From assembly GCA_002269645.1 (NCBI GenBank), contig NIVC01000612.1, positions 124,001 through 188,000 of the forward strand: a stretch of DNA of 64,000 bases, given 5' to 3'. Each line of letters opens with the position of its first letter. The first letter of the stretch is position 1. The position numbers and the translations under genes were made by a program. Of the stretch, positions 14,283 through 25,614 are shown piece after piece. Below the pieces are notes generated by a model. That model had not been told where the DNA came from, made no database searches, and saw only the letters and a list, made by a program, of their open reading frames with translations. Source of the stretch: Macrostomum lignano (lineage: Eukaryota).

Positions 14283-14480
14283 GGGCAGGCCGGTAAAGTG
14301 GGGTGGTGGGTCTTGCGTGTACATTAGGGGGCAGACCGGTAAGAGTGGGGTGGTGGGTCTTGCGTGTACATTAGGGGGCAGACCGGTAAGAGTGGGGTGG
14401 TGGGTCTTGCGTGTACATTAGGGGCAGGCCGGTAAGAGTGGGGTGGTGGGTCTTGCGTGTACATTGAGGGCAGGCTGGTT
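14283..14480. repeat. ~47-bp G-rich tandem repeat (GGCAGACCGGTAAGAGTGGGGTGGTGGGTCTTGCGTGTACATTAGGG)n
   Basis: About 4 units. Confidence 0.9.
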
Positions 14481-14694
14481 GGAATGGGGTGGTACATTAC
14501 TCGTAGGAGCAGGCTGCTGTTTTGTAATAATAAACTGGCAACCTCAAGATCACTCGGTTAAGATAGATAACACGACAAAGACGGTGAAAAAGCAGGTAGT
14601 AGTAAAAAACTTGAATAAGCATCGACTAGATGATGTTTTGATTGCTTTTATTAGGTTCCAAAAAGTAATCCATAAAAAAAGATCTACTTTTTAA

Positions 14695-15096
14695 TCAACC
14701 CTGATGCTGATCAGCCTGCAGCTCGGCAACAGATTTCTCCGACTTGTTCATTTTGGCCATATCGATACCAAAATGCTTGAGATGCTGCTCAAGCTTACTA
14801 TCCAGCACCATATTATCCTCGGCATAAGAGTACACATCGGCGCCTTGAGCACAGATGGTGCCCAGTTTAACAGCCAGAGGATAGCCAGTATTCTCATAGT
14901 GCTCAACAGCGTGGTTGTTTCCGCCTGAACCGTCAAAGTAGCGCCGGCCGCACAGGATGGTGCCATCAGTCAGGTTTAGCCAGAGGTTGTCACGCTTGTC
15001 ACACATGGCGCACTGCCAACCACTGGGTGGGATTTTAATCCCATTGTCCAGCTGGACTAGGCTGGAAGCGTGCTTGGACTCTTGGCGATCAGACAT
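14695..15096 (-). CDS. Stand-alone ZnF-UBP (ubiquitin-binding) ORF, 133 aa, partial paralog of USP5 exon 2
   Basis: Near-identical to USP5 11325-11650 with mostly synonymous changes. Own ATG, upstream polypyrimidine tract plus TTAG acceptor at 15121, TGA stop and AATAAA ~45 nt downstream (14652-14647). Confidence 0.65.
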   Translation of the reverse strand: MSDRQESKHASSLVQLDNGIKIPPSGWQCAMCDKRDNLWLNLTDGTILCGRRYFDGSGGNNHAVEHYENTGYPLAVKLGTICAQGADVYSYAEDNMVLDSKLEQHLKHFGIDMAKMNKSEKSVAELQADQHQG

Positions 15097-15269
15097 GTTT
15101 TCCAGTATAGAATAAAGCAGCTAAGCAGAAAAACAATAAAGAAATAATAGATTAATTTTTTCATAAGATTTGATTTGCATATTTAATGGCCCTTTAATTG
15201 CCTCTGAGGGCCTGTCGAAACCCTCCCTGACGCTTTATCGGGTAGTGTCTCTACACCCTCCCCGATTCT

Positions 15270-15490
15270 ACAGGTGACTGCTCTATCCCCTCCCTGATGC
15301 TTCAGCTGGCACTGTCTCTACGCCCTCCCTGATGCTTCAGCTGGCACTGTCTCTATCCCCTCCCTGATGCTTCAGCTGGCACTGTCTCTATCCCCTCCCT
15401 GATGCTTCAGCTGGCACTGTCTCTATCCCCTCCCTGATGCTTCAGCTGGCACAGTCTCTACCCCCTCCCTGATGCTTCAGCTGGCACTGT
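15270..15490. repeat. 35-bp minisatellite (CCCTCCCTGATGCTTCAGCTGGCACTGTCTCTATC)n
   Basis: About 6 units. Confidence 0.92.
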
Positions 15491-16092
15491 TTTTACCATT
15501 GAATTGAGTAAAAGCAAACATTGTTGGTATAAAAATGAAAAGGAAAACACTGAAAAAGCTACATCAGATAAGTTGTAATTCTGAATACTCATTCTAGCAT
15601 TTATTTTTTCGTTTATTTCAGTCTGAAACGAGCAAGCAACTAAATTCAGGTCCAAGACTGACAGAACATTTAACAGGTTTGAAATCGCATTAAAATGATT
15701 GAAAAAATGCATGTTTGCCATAAAGACAGCATATCAATACGGCTACGTTTATGTTTCCTACTATAAAATATAAAATATTACACTAGTAATCAACCAGACA
15801 CCAATCTCTTTCAACAGCGACCCAATAAACTCTAATATCATTAACTGACTTTTTGATCTTATTAACTGACATGTAAATCTCAATCTCATTAACTAATCTC
15901 TCAATCTCACCTGTACGGTCCATCTCTAATTCTTACCTATGGAATCCATCTATCAATCTCACCTGCACAATCAGTCTAACAATCTCACCTGTAAAGTCTA
16001 ACTCTCAAAATCGCTCTCATTGAATTGAACTATTCTAAAAACCCAGTCAAAAAAGAGAGTACATGAAGTACCTACATACACTGGTAGCTTTA

Positions 16093-16662
16093 TTAAACAC
16101 TTAAATCGATTTTTCTCAACCATTTACACAGCAGCAGGCGGGCAGGCGACACCAGCGTAGCCTCGGGCCTGTGCAAGTTTCTGAAACTCAGCCAGACATA
16201 ATTGGCCCGATCAATCTGCCACAGCAGAGACCGATAGCCAATCAGCGGCAGGAAGCACAGGCGGGCATCAGCTGATAGGCAGCCAGTAGCTGCTGCTTTT
16301 TCCAGATCGGCACTCAGGCACTGGTGATGCGCCTCGGCAGATCCGACAATCTCCTTGATCAGATTGGCCAAGCTGTTGCCATGCTCATTCGGCTGCTCGG
16401 CGGTGGCTTTCGCGGCCGAGTGTAAGTTCTCCGGCGAGGCAATGCCGTGCCGTCGGAGTTCGGCTTCGGGTAGTTCGCAGCGACCACGGTTGATCATTAT
16501 GTTGGCTGAGGCTGACAGGAAGCGGATGAGACCGACCAGCCTGGATGAAGGAGTTGTGGGGCGGCGACAGAATGCAGGCAAAGACAGACACAGAAAAAAA
16601 ACACAAAGACAGACAGCCACAGACAGATAGATAGACAGACAGAGAGACACAGACAGACAGAC

Positions 16663-16694
<32 letters not shown>

Positions 16695-17176
16695 GCAGAC
16701 AGACAGACAGACAGACAGACAGACACACAGACACAGACAGACAGACAGATACAGACAAACATAACGAGCGTAAGACAGACACAGACAGATACAGACAAAC
16801 ATAACGAGCGTAGAATGCTGGTAGAGTCGCTCGCTTGGCGAGAAGAATAAATAGAAGCTTAATATCAACATCTGAATATGATTGCAATTTCTAACAACTT
16901 CAACGCGTTTCGCACGCCATGGTGCATCGTCAGGATTTTATTAGACCGACCCGAGAAACTGAGATTGAAAGCGATTGATTTCGTTCTGAAACAGACAGGA
17001 TTATCAATCGCTTTCAATCTCAATTTCTCAAATCGGTCTAATAAAATCCTGACGATGCACCATGGCGTGCGAAACGCGTTGAAGTTGTTAGAAATTGCAA
17101 TCATATTCAGATGTTGATATTAAGCTTTCTATAACGAGCGTAAGACAGACAGACAGACATACACAGACAGACATAC

Positions 17177-17213
<37 letters not shown>

Positions 17214-18025
17214 GCTGCTCTCACCTGCCAGCGTGACTAGCGGCCGAAAAGGCGGCCGGACAAGAGTCCTTAGTGACGCCGGCAGACAGCAGCATACAGT
17301 AATAAACAGGCGAGAATGCGGCCTCGCAGTAGCGATGCAGCTCAGCCAAGTCCGAGCAGATCCGGCCGCCAAGATACCGCTCCCTAGAGATGAGCAGCTT
17401 CTCTAAGTAATGCTTAGGCAGCTGATTACGGTGCACCACCTGTTCAAGCTCCCTAACAACCGGATATTCTCCAGGTAGGATAACAGGCCGATCAGCCTCA
17501 TCAGGACCAGCATAGATCAGATCTAAACAATCTCTCCAGTACTGCAGCCTCATCTGTGCCAGCTGTGCATCAGATGCAGCATCGCGAATCTGCGACAGTT
17601 CAATACTGTAGGCAGTCAGAGCCAGAGCGCACCGGCGCACTGCACTTGGCATTAGCAGTGCACAAGAATGAAAATGCGCATCGGTAGTGCGTACAATATT
17701 CGAACAGTATTCGCTAGGATTTTGATACTGACTATCTGTTGATGATTGTGTTGCTAGGCAACGAGTGGCTAGCCTAGCAACTGGAAGCCCAGTCGCTAGC
17801 AGACAGTATCTGGTAATAATAGCCTGAAATAATTTAAAGTTTTCAGGTGATGATTTGATTTTGAAAAAAATGTTTTATATTACTGTAAGTAGGACAGGCA
17901 TTAAAAAAATTATCTTTTACAGATGCTTAGAGAATTTGTTGCGCCAGCATGACAGTGTCAGCCACAATTTGGGGGCAGTAAACGAGTATATGTAATAAGC
18001 ATACCTTAAAAAAAGTTGCTTGCAT
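16093..18025 (-). CDS. NDUFAF6: NADH dehydrogenase complex I assembly factor 6 (squalene/phytoene synthase fold); exons 18025-18005 (predicted micro-exon), 17823-17225, 16540-16093
   Basis: '[84 protein letters not shown]|LVGL' follows the NDUFAF6 pattern. Phase-2 intron GTGAGA..CCAG keeps frame. Basic, hydroxylated N-terminus fits a mitochondrial presequence. Micro-exon is less certain. Confidence 0.85.
16585..16800. repeat. (GACA)n microsatellite in the NDUFAF6 intron (a second tract at 17143-17212)
   Basis: Direct reading. Confidence 0.95.
16852..17131. mobile_element. ~280-bp foldback/MITE-like palindrome
   Basis: Arms beginning AAGCTTAATATCAACATCTGAATATGATTGC are near-perfect reverse complements over ~120 bp, giving mirror ORFs on both strands. 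Confidence 0.8.
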
Positions 18026-18683
18026 GCTGCAACACACCTAAAAATTACCTTAGGTGTCTACTGTACTAGTATATTTTGAAAAAGGTACTGGTCTAACATA
18101 GCATATCTAAAATTTGTAGATATATATGTTTGCATCCACAGGTTTATCTAAAAGCTCCTTGTACATATCTGCACATTTTTGAAAAGCATAATCACAATAC
18201 ATACCTTTTCTACTTGATTTTGTCTTAAAATTCAGACTGTTAATGGTCAATAGGATATACACAATTCTTACAAGCATGCTTTTAAAAAGATTAGTTTCAA
18301 ACAAACAGATACTTAATATTTATATATACTAAAAGCTATCAAAATTAATTAACTAGGCCTCTCATAGCCTTAGCATATCTAGTAGAGTCTATACAAGTAC
18401 CATAATTGACTTGATACTCAAAAGTTGAGTAATCAACATTATTTTTTAATTTAAACTTGAGGAATCTCATACAATGTTGCTTTATACTAGAGTAGTTGAG
18501 TTGAGTCAAGTAGTTGATAAGATTTGAAATAGCTTATTTGATTATAACTTTTAAATGTAAACACTACTATATTCTAAGAAAAAGTAATTAAAAATTCTTA
18601 TTATGCTTGAAACAAAATGTTTTATTTATCAATATATTTTCACTATAGAAATCAGGTAAAGTGGCTTGCTTGATGAAGAGTAG

Positions 18684-18839
18684 ATAAATAAAGGTAAATA
18701 TCAACATGAAGTACCATTTGAGTTGCCGATGCATTTCGTCCATTTGCATTACGAAAACGATGACGATGTCCTAATGCAAATGGACGAAATGCATCGGCAA
18801 ATCAAACAACATTTCATGTTGATATTTACCTTTATTTAT
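18684..18839. mobile_element. ~155-bp MITE-like hairpin
   Basis: 27-bp perfect TIR ATAAATAAAGGTAAATATCAACATGAA plus inner IR GCCGATGCATTTCGTCCATTTGCATT. Confidence 0.75.
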
Positions 18840-19223
18840 TTTCACTATAATATAAGGGGTCTTTAATATACTTGATACAAAATCATCATATATTGAGGTT
18901 GCTCAGTTGCAACTATTTTGAAAATGATGGTACAAAATATATTATTATGTAGAAAGCTTAATCTTATCTGCATTTGTAAATGTTTAATTTCTATGTATAT
19001 TTAAAAGTTGATATAGGGGGCCTTGCTTTATAGGTTAAGACACAAAAAAGGAATTATGATTAGCTTTATGAATAGTTAATTTGGTAATATCTGTGTTGAT
19101 AACAGGTTACTTTAGAAGTTCAGTGCTAAATGTATATAGACTCAGAGAACATTCAATGCCAATTATTTTAAAGTTTTTGTTTTTTAAAGGTAATTAAAAC
19201 ATATATGAAATTAGGAATTCTGT

Positions 19224-19750
19224 TTGTTTCGCCCTTAAACCATTTTGGCCATGGACGTTTCACCCCTAGAAACTTTTGGCCCATAGTCTGTTTTGCCCAT
19301 AAACCAGTGTGGCTATAGTACATATTTTAACCAAAATGGTGATTATTTAATTAAGAGATATAGCCATATATATATGTATTTAATTTTGTCTTTTTTTATG
19401 CTAATTTTTAGTTTTAATGTCTAACAAAATATGAATTGTTGCTATAACATGAGTTATTATAATTGTGAATTATTACAAATTTTATTCTAAGAAAATCTCC
19501 TTTCAAAGTGTGATAAGCCTCTTTAATTAGAGGATGAGAAAGGGTTATGGTAAAACCAGAAACACTAAAAGAATAGATTTGTCAACTTTTTCCAAGTTAG
19601 GCATTCTTTGCCACCTTGGCCAAACTGGTTCAATTGGCTTAGAGTAAAAATGATCAATAGTCAAAATAGTCTATGGGCAAAATTGTCTATAGGCAAAATG
19701 GTCTGGGGGCAAAATATCAATGCTAAAATAGTTTATAGGTGAAATAACTA
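19224..19750. mobile_element. Degenerate element with inverted arrays of ~19-bp subterminal repeats
   Basis: Left TTCGCCCTTAAACC/TTTGCCCATAAACC units oppose right CTATGGGCAAAA/TTTATAGGTGAAA units; no clear TSD. Confidence 0.4.
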
Positions 19751-19889
19751 GCTACCAATTTGGACTACTTACCAAATTGAAGAGGACAACACAAATATTT
19801 TATTGCATGTATATTATATAAAATTATAATTTGAATTCTAATTACAAATATATACATCAATTAGGCTGCATATGCACACACAGGTGGAT

Positions 19890-19973
19890 GGACAGATAGA
19901 CAGACAGACAGGCAGACAGACAGACAAGCAGACACACAGACAGACTGATAGACAGAGAGACAGATAGACAAAC

Positions 19974-20028
<55 letters not shown>

Positions 20029-20090
20029 TAGACAGGCAGATACACAGACAGACACACAGACAGATAGACAGACAGACACACACACACATT
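19890..20090. repeat. (GACA)n microsatellite
   Basis: Direct reading. Confidence 0.95.
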
Positions 20091-21550
20091 ATGCATAAAG
20101 TAAAACAATAGGCCTAAAATCAAATAATAGCTAAGTTAATAAATTAATAATAACAAATAGAAATAAAAGCAAACAGTTAATCTAGAAAATAAATACAGAA
20201 TAGAAAAGTTAAAGAATTATCAAGACTCAAAATTAAACATCATCTTAAAAATGGTAAAAATTGTAAAATATTATAAAAATATTATAAAAAATATTACAAT
20301 AAAATTTGTAAATAATAGACACTCAATGACTAATGTTTTATAAAATATACATTTGGCCAAAAATACCCTATTACCAATTGGAAATATCTGAATATCTAAT
20401 CTCTTGAAGTAACATTGACATCAATAAGAAATGTATAGTCATTACTAACCATGGCTTCTTTTAGAGACATATTTCATTACAAAGTGGTTACTCTCCTATC
20501 TGCCCCTTATGTGATTAAGAGAAGGAAATATTGATTATTATTTTTTATGACATAACCAGAGAATGTTATTTTCTAGTTGAGTTGACAATCATTTTATTTG
20601 TTGCTAGTTTGTCTGGCACTCTTTTGTCTACCAAAATATGATGCAATCATTTTGTCAACAAAATATTAAATACAATGTCAGTCTAAAAGAAATATCTAGA
20701 TTGTATATCTTAAAAATATTCAAAACTAAAAATAAGGAACTCATTTTTAAAGTATGAGTATAGTTATACATACTATTTTAAGACTCACCAAATGTTGACT
20801 TGACATATAGGTCTACTTAAGTATATAATTTGAAGTTAAGTTTATATAAACTTTGCAACAGGATAGCAAATATTTTATTATCATTGGATTGGGATAGGGC
20901 CAGGAATCATAAAAATGCTTATAATCATATTTAACTACAAACTACTTTATCTTCTAATTCACTAACAACTAACTGTCACAAAACTTTTTTTCAACAAATG
21001 TTTATATTAAATATATTTTTTGAAATATTGCATTGAACAATATTATGCATGAAAAAAAGATATCCCTGATCCCATGACTCTTTACATAACTTGCTAGATA
21101 AACTCACCATTCTAGATTGCATCCATAACCTACATTTGTGATTTTTTAGGGCTCTAGATTAGAGGTCGGATGGGATTGAAATCTTTGGGCGAGATCGGGA
21201 TCGGGAATAATTTTTTTCTTGGGATCAGGATTGGGATCGGGATTCAGGAATTGGGATCAGGTCTTTTAGTGTATTGTCCATGTAAAGTTAAACAAAATTG
21301 AGAAAAGATTATCCAGATCAAGAAGTAAAACACAACGAAATTGATATGTGTAGTGTACGCTCTGTGCGGTAATAATGTACTTGGCTTGGTCGATGAACTA
21401 ACTCGTAGCAATACTCTTATTACGCAATGCTCTCGTGCCTATAAATACAGTATATTGAATTGAGCAATCGGCTCATTTAAGTGCATCGTTTCTCTCGCCA
21501 AACTAAATAGCTAGTCTGAGTCATTACATGGCGTCGCAAGCAAACTCTCA

Positions 21551-22384
21551 GTGAGGCCAACCCCCCGCGCACTGATAACGACCGGTGATTCAGCAAATAT
21601 GGCACAGGCCCTGCAACTCGCGGCACCAGACGCCTTTGACCTCGAAGGCGATCCTCTGACAAGAGCTCAGCGATGGAAAACCTGGACGCGAAGGTTCAAC
21701 AGCTACATACACGCAGCTGGCATCACAGATGCGACACAGCAGCTGGAGCTCTTAGTTTACACTGCGGGCGAGAAGCTGGAAGACTTCATGGACGATAACG
21801 GCGTCAAGAAAGGAGAGTCTGCGGAGGAGCTCATCAAAGAGTTGCAGGGTATCTTCGACCAAAAGAACAGCGTTGTCTTCCTCAGGTATCAGTTTGAAAT
21901 ATGCCGGCAGGAGGAAGGAGAGTCAATTGAGGCCTGGTATCATCGGCTACGCAAGGCTGCGGACCAATGCACATTCGGCGAACTCCGAGACTCGCTCATC
22001 AGGGACAAGATCGTGGCTCATTACCGGTCCGAGAGGATCAGGAGGGAACTCCTGCAGCTCAACGATGTCTCCTTAGACGACGTTTTGAAGCGAATCCGAG
22101 CGAGGGAGGCAGCGGAGCAGCAGGCCCAGGCCATGGAGATCGGCGCCGCAGCCGACACGGGCCATCCTTCCGCTTCGAATGTGGCGGCGCTGCGTCCACC
22201 TCGTAACCGACCATCCCATACAACCAGGCCGGCTGCCGCGGCAAGAGACAGCGGCATCAACTGCGATCGCTGCGGGCGACCAGGACATCAGACGTGCGAG
22301 GCAGCCCGTAACAAGGCGTGTCGACGCTGCGGCAAGATGGGTCATTTCGCTTGGGCGTGTCGAGAGCAGCTAAAGTCCCTCTGA
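21551..22384 (+). CDS. Gypsy gag with two zinc knuckles
   Basis: 'CDRCGRPGHQTC..CRRCGKMGHFAWAC'. Apparently once fused to pol; an extra GA near 22362 breaks the frame. Confidence 0.88.
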   Translation: MRPTPRALITTGDSANMAQALQLAAPDAFDLEGDPLTRAQRWKTWTRRFNSYIHAAGITDATQQLELLVYTAGEKLEDFMDDNGVKKGESAEELIKELQGIFDQKNSVVFLRYQFEICRQEEGESIEAWYHRLRKAADQCTFGELRDSLIRDKIVAHYRSERIRRELLQLNDVSLDDVLKRIRAREAAEQQAQAMEIGAAADTGHPSASNVAALRPPRNRPSHTTRPAAAARDSGINCDRCGRPGHQTCEAARNKACRRCGKMGHFAWACREQLKSL

Positions 22385-25300
22385 GGACCGTTGACGAACC
22401 GCAGGAGGAGGCTCCGCCGGGTCGAGTCGAATATCTGCAAGACGACCCCGTCGAGCACGAGCTATTCACCCTGAGGAACTGCGGCTCAGCTTGGACGCCT
22501 GCGACAATTAATGGGCTCAAGACAAAGGTGCTCATCGACAGCGGCGCGGCCTGCAACATCATCGACAGGGCGGCCTACGACAGGATGCCGCAAAAAGCCG
22601 CGCTGCAGCCCGCCAGCGACAAGGTCTACCCATACGGAAGCCAAGAGCCGCTGAGATTGCTGGGCAAGGCAGACCTGCAAGTCAGCGTGTTCGAGATCCA
22701 CGAGACACTACCGTTCTTGGTGCTCGACGGTGAGGGCGCTTGCATCATTGGCCGGAGAAGCGCTGAAAGACTTCAGATTCTGCGAGTCGGCCCGGAGAAC
22801 AAGGTGGCATACCAGCTGCGTCCGTCTCCCGAGGTCTCGCTAGACAGCATGCTAACAGGGATCCCAAAGGACGTCCTACATGCGCCGGGGGCACCGGCCC
22901 TGCACGAACTCCTAACGGAGAACGCACTAGTCTTCAGCGGAATCGGCAGGCTCAAAAACTATGCCGCCCGCATCTTCCTGGAGGAGGGAGCCAGGCCGGT
23001 CTGTCATCCCCATCAAGGGTGCCAATACATCTCGCACAGGCAGTCGACGCCGAGCTGCAGTGCCTCGAGGACCAAGGCATCATCGAGCCGGTGGAAGGCC
23101 CCTGTCCGTGGGTAGCCCGCATCGTCGTCGTGCCCAAGCAGACTCCAGGCGAGATCAGGATTACGCAGGACTTGAGAGACCTGAACAAGTCGGTCGTTAG
23201 AGAGCGGCATCCCATCCCGACATTCGAGGAGGTGACGGGAGACATGGCAGGAGCGCAGCTATTCTCAGAGCTCGACATCGCGAAGGCATTTTATCAAATC
23301 CCAGTCGCCGACGAATGCCGCCATCTTCTGACTTTTTCGACACCACGAGGCCTGCGGCGGCTGACACGGCTCTGTATGGGACTGTCTACGGCCCAGGAAA
23401 TTCTCCAGGCGGTCATGTCATCCGTGCTAGCTGGACTCCCGAAAGTAAAATGGATTCACGACGACATCATCGTGTATGGGCACAGCGTGGCGGAGCACCA
23501 CAGCAACCTGCAGGCATGTCTGCGACGACTGGCACAGCACGGGCTGACGCTGAATCCGTTAAAATGCAAGCTCGCCCATACCGAGGTCACGTTTATGGGG
23601 ATGCAGCTGTCCAGTGAAGGTGTCAGACCAACCCAGTCCAAGTTGGAAGCCATCCATGCATTTGCCGAGCCAAAGACTGCCACAGAGGTGCGCTCGTTCC
23701 TAGGCCTGGTCAACTATCTGGCCTCATTCACCCCCGGCTGGCGGATGTAGCGAGGCCACTGCGCAATCTGACTAGGAAAGGCGAGCCCTGGGCATGGACC
23801 GACCTCGAGAAACGAGCTTTTGACGACGTGAAGACCCGGATTGCGACCAGCGGCACCCTCGCCTTCTTCAACCACCGCCTAGCGACGCAACTCATCGTCG
23901 ACGCCGGCCCAGCGGGCCTGGGCGCGATCCTAACGCAGACGCAAGCGGACGGCACCAACCGGCCTGTCGCGTACGCCAGCCGGACGCTATCCGATGTTGA
24001 GCAGCGCTACTCCCAGACTGAGAAGGAGGCGCTGGCCGTCAAATACGGCTGCTTGAAATTTCAGTACTATCTGCACGGCGCTCCGACATTTACGGTGGTG
24101 ACAGACCACAAGCCGCTCATCGCATTGTTCAGCAGTGGCTCAAGGCCTCCCCGAGGATCGAAAGAATGGCGCTGCGCATTCAGCACATGAAATTTACAGT
24201 CGAATATCAGCCTGGCCCACTTAACCCAGCGGACGTGCTGAGCCAGCAGCCGCTGCCAACACGAGGAAGAAATGTCGGCGAAGAGCTCGACACCCTCTGC
24301 ATCGCTGCAATCGTCCAGGCGGCCATACCGAACGCGCTGTCGCTGTCCTCAGTGCAAGAGAGTTCGCTGCAAGATGCAACAATTCAAGCCGCTATTCGAT
24401 CGCTGGAGACAGGACGATGGAGCCTCGAGTCGGCGGAGATGCGATCGCTCCACGCCCTACGGAATGAGCTATCGGCAGCGGACGGCGTGCTCCTGCGGGG
24501 CCAGAGAATCGTAGTTCCAATGGCGCTTCGGCGCCTGGTTTTGGACCTGGCACACCGCGGTCATCAGTGCCTGCGCAAGACGGTTGACCGTTTGAGCACC
24601 AAAGTCTGGTGGCCAAGGGTGCAGGAGCTCTTCGTGCGTGCCTGCCGAGCCTGTGCAGCTACGTCGCACGCGGCCGACGTGACCGCCGCGCCGCTGAAGC
24701 CGACGCCGATCCCGAAAGCTGCATGGCTAACACTAGGGGCAGACCTGCTAGGCCCCATTCAAGGCAGCATGCTGCTCGTCTGCGTTGACCACTACTCGCG
24801 CTTCCCTGAAGTCGAGATCGTCCAGACCACAACGGCCGAAGCGCTGATTCCCAAGCTGAGGAATTCGTTCGCCAGATTCGGCATCCCACAGGTACTGGTC
24901 ACCGATAACGGCCCGCCATTCTCCTCGGCCCAGTTCAAAGGCTTTCTGGACAGCCACGGAATCCGGCAGCGTCTCATCACACCGCTGCATCCGCAGGCCA
25001 ACGGCATCACTGAGCGCCTGAACCGCTCCATCAATAAGGTTGTACGAGCTGCCATTGCCCAGAAGCGCGACTGGAGGGCGGCCCTTGACGAGTGGCTGCT
25101 GGCCTACCGTTGCACGCCGCAGCGAACCACCAACCGGGCACCAGCCGAGCTGCTCTTGGGTCGCGTCCCAAACGATGCCATCCCGTCAATCAGGCCGTCG
25201 AGACCGGTGGCCATCGCAGACAGGAGGCTCCGACAGCAGGACGCCAGCAGCAAGGCAAAGGGCAAGCGCTACACGGACAAGCGACGGCAGGCGAGACCGC

Positions 25301-25614
25301 ATGGGCTCAAAGTCGGCGACACGGTGCTCCGGTGCCGACTAAATCCGCTCAAGGGCGAGGCTCCATTCGAGTGGACACCCTGGCTGGTCGAGAGTGTCAA
25401 GGGCGACTCGATGACCATTCGGCAGGGCGCCAGAGTTTGCAGGCGGCACTGCACTGACCTGAAGCGGGTAGCACCAGATGCAGAGCCTGATTTTCCTGTT
25501 GGGGAGACCGCACCGCCGATCTTGCAAGCTGCGGGGAGCGAACCCGCGACCCCTCCAATTGCGCTGCGACCACACCCCCGAGAGGCCAAGGTGAAAGTGA
25601 ACTATAGGGTTTAA
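22318..25614 (+). pseudogene. Gypsy pol (protease, RT, RNase H, integrase) broken by several small indels
   Basis: PR 'VLIDSGAACNII'; RT 'SELDIAKAFYQI', 'WIHDDIIV'; RH 'LIVDAG', 'YSQTEKEALAV'; IN 'GADLLGP', 'LVTDNGPPF', 'NGITERLNR'. Spread over four frames. Confidence 0.9.
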
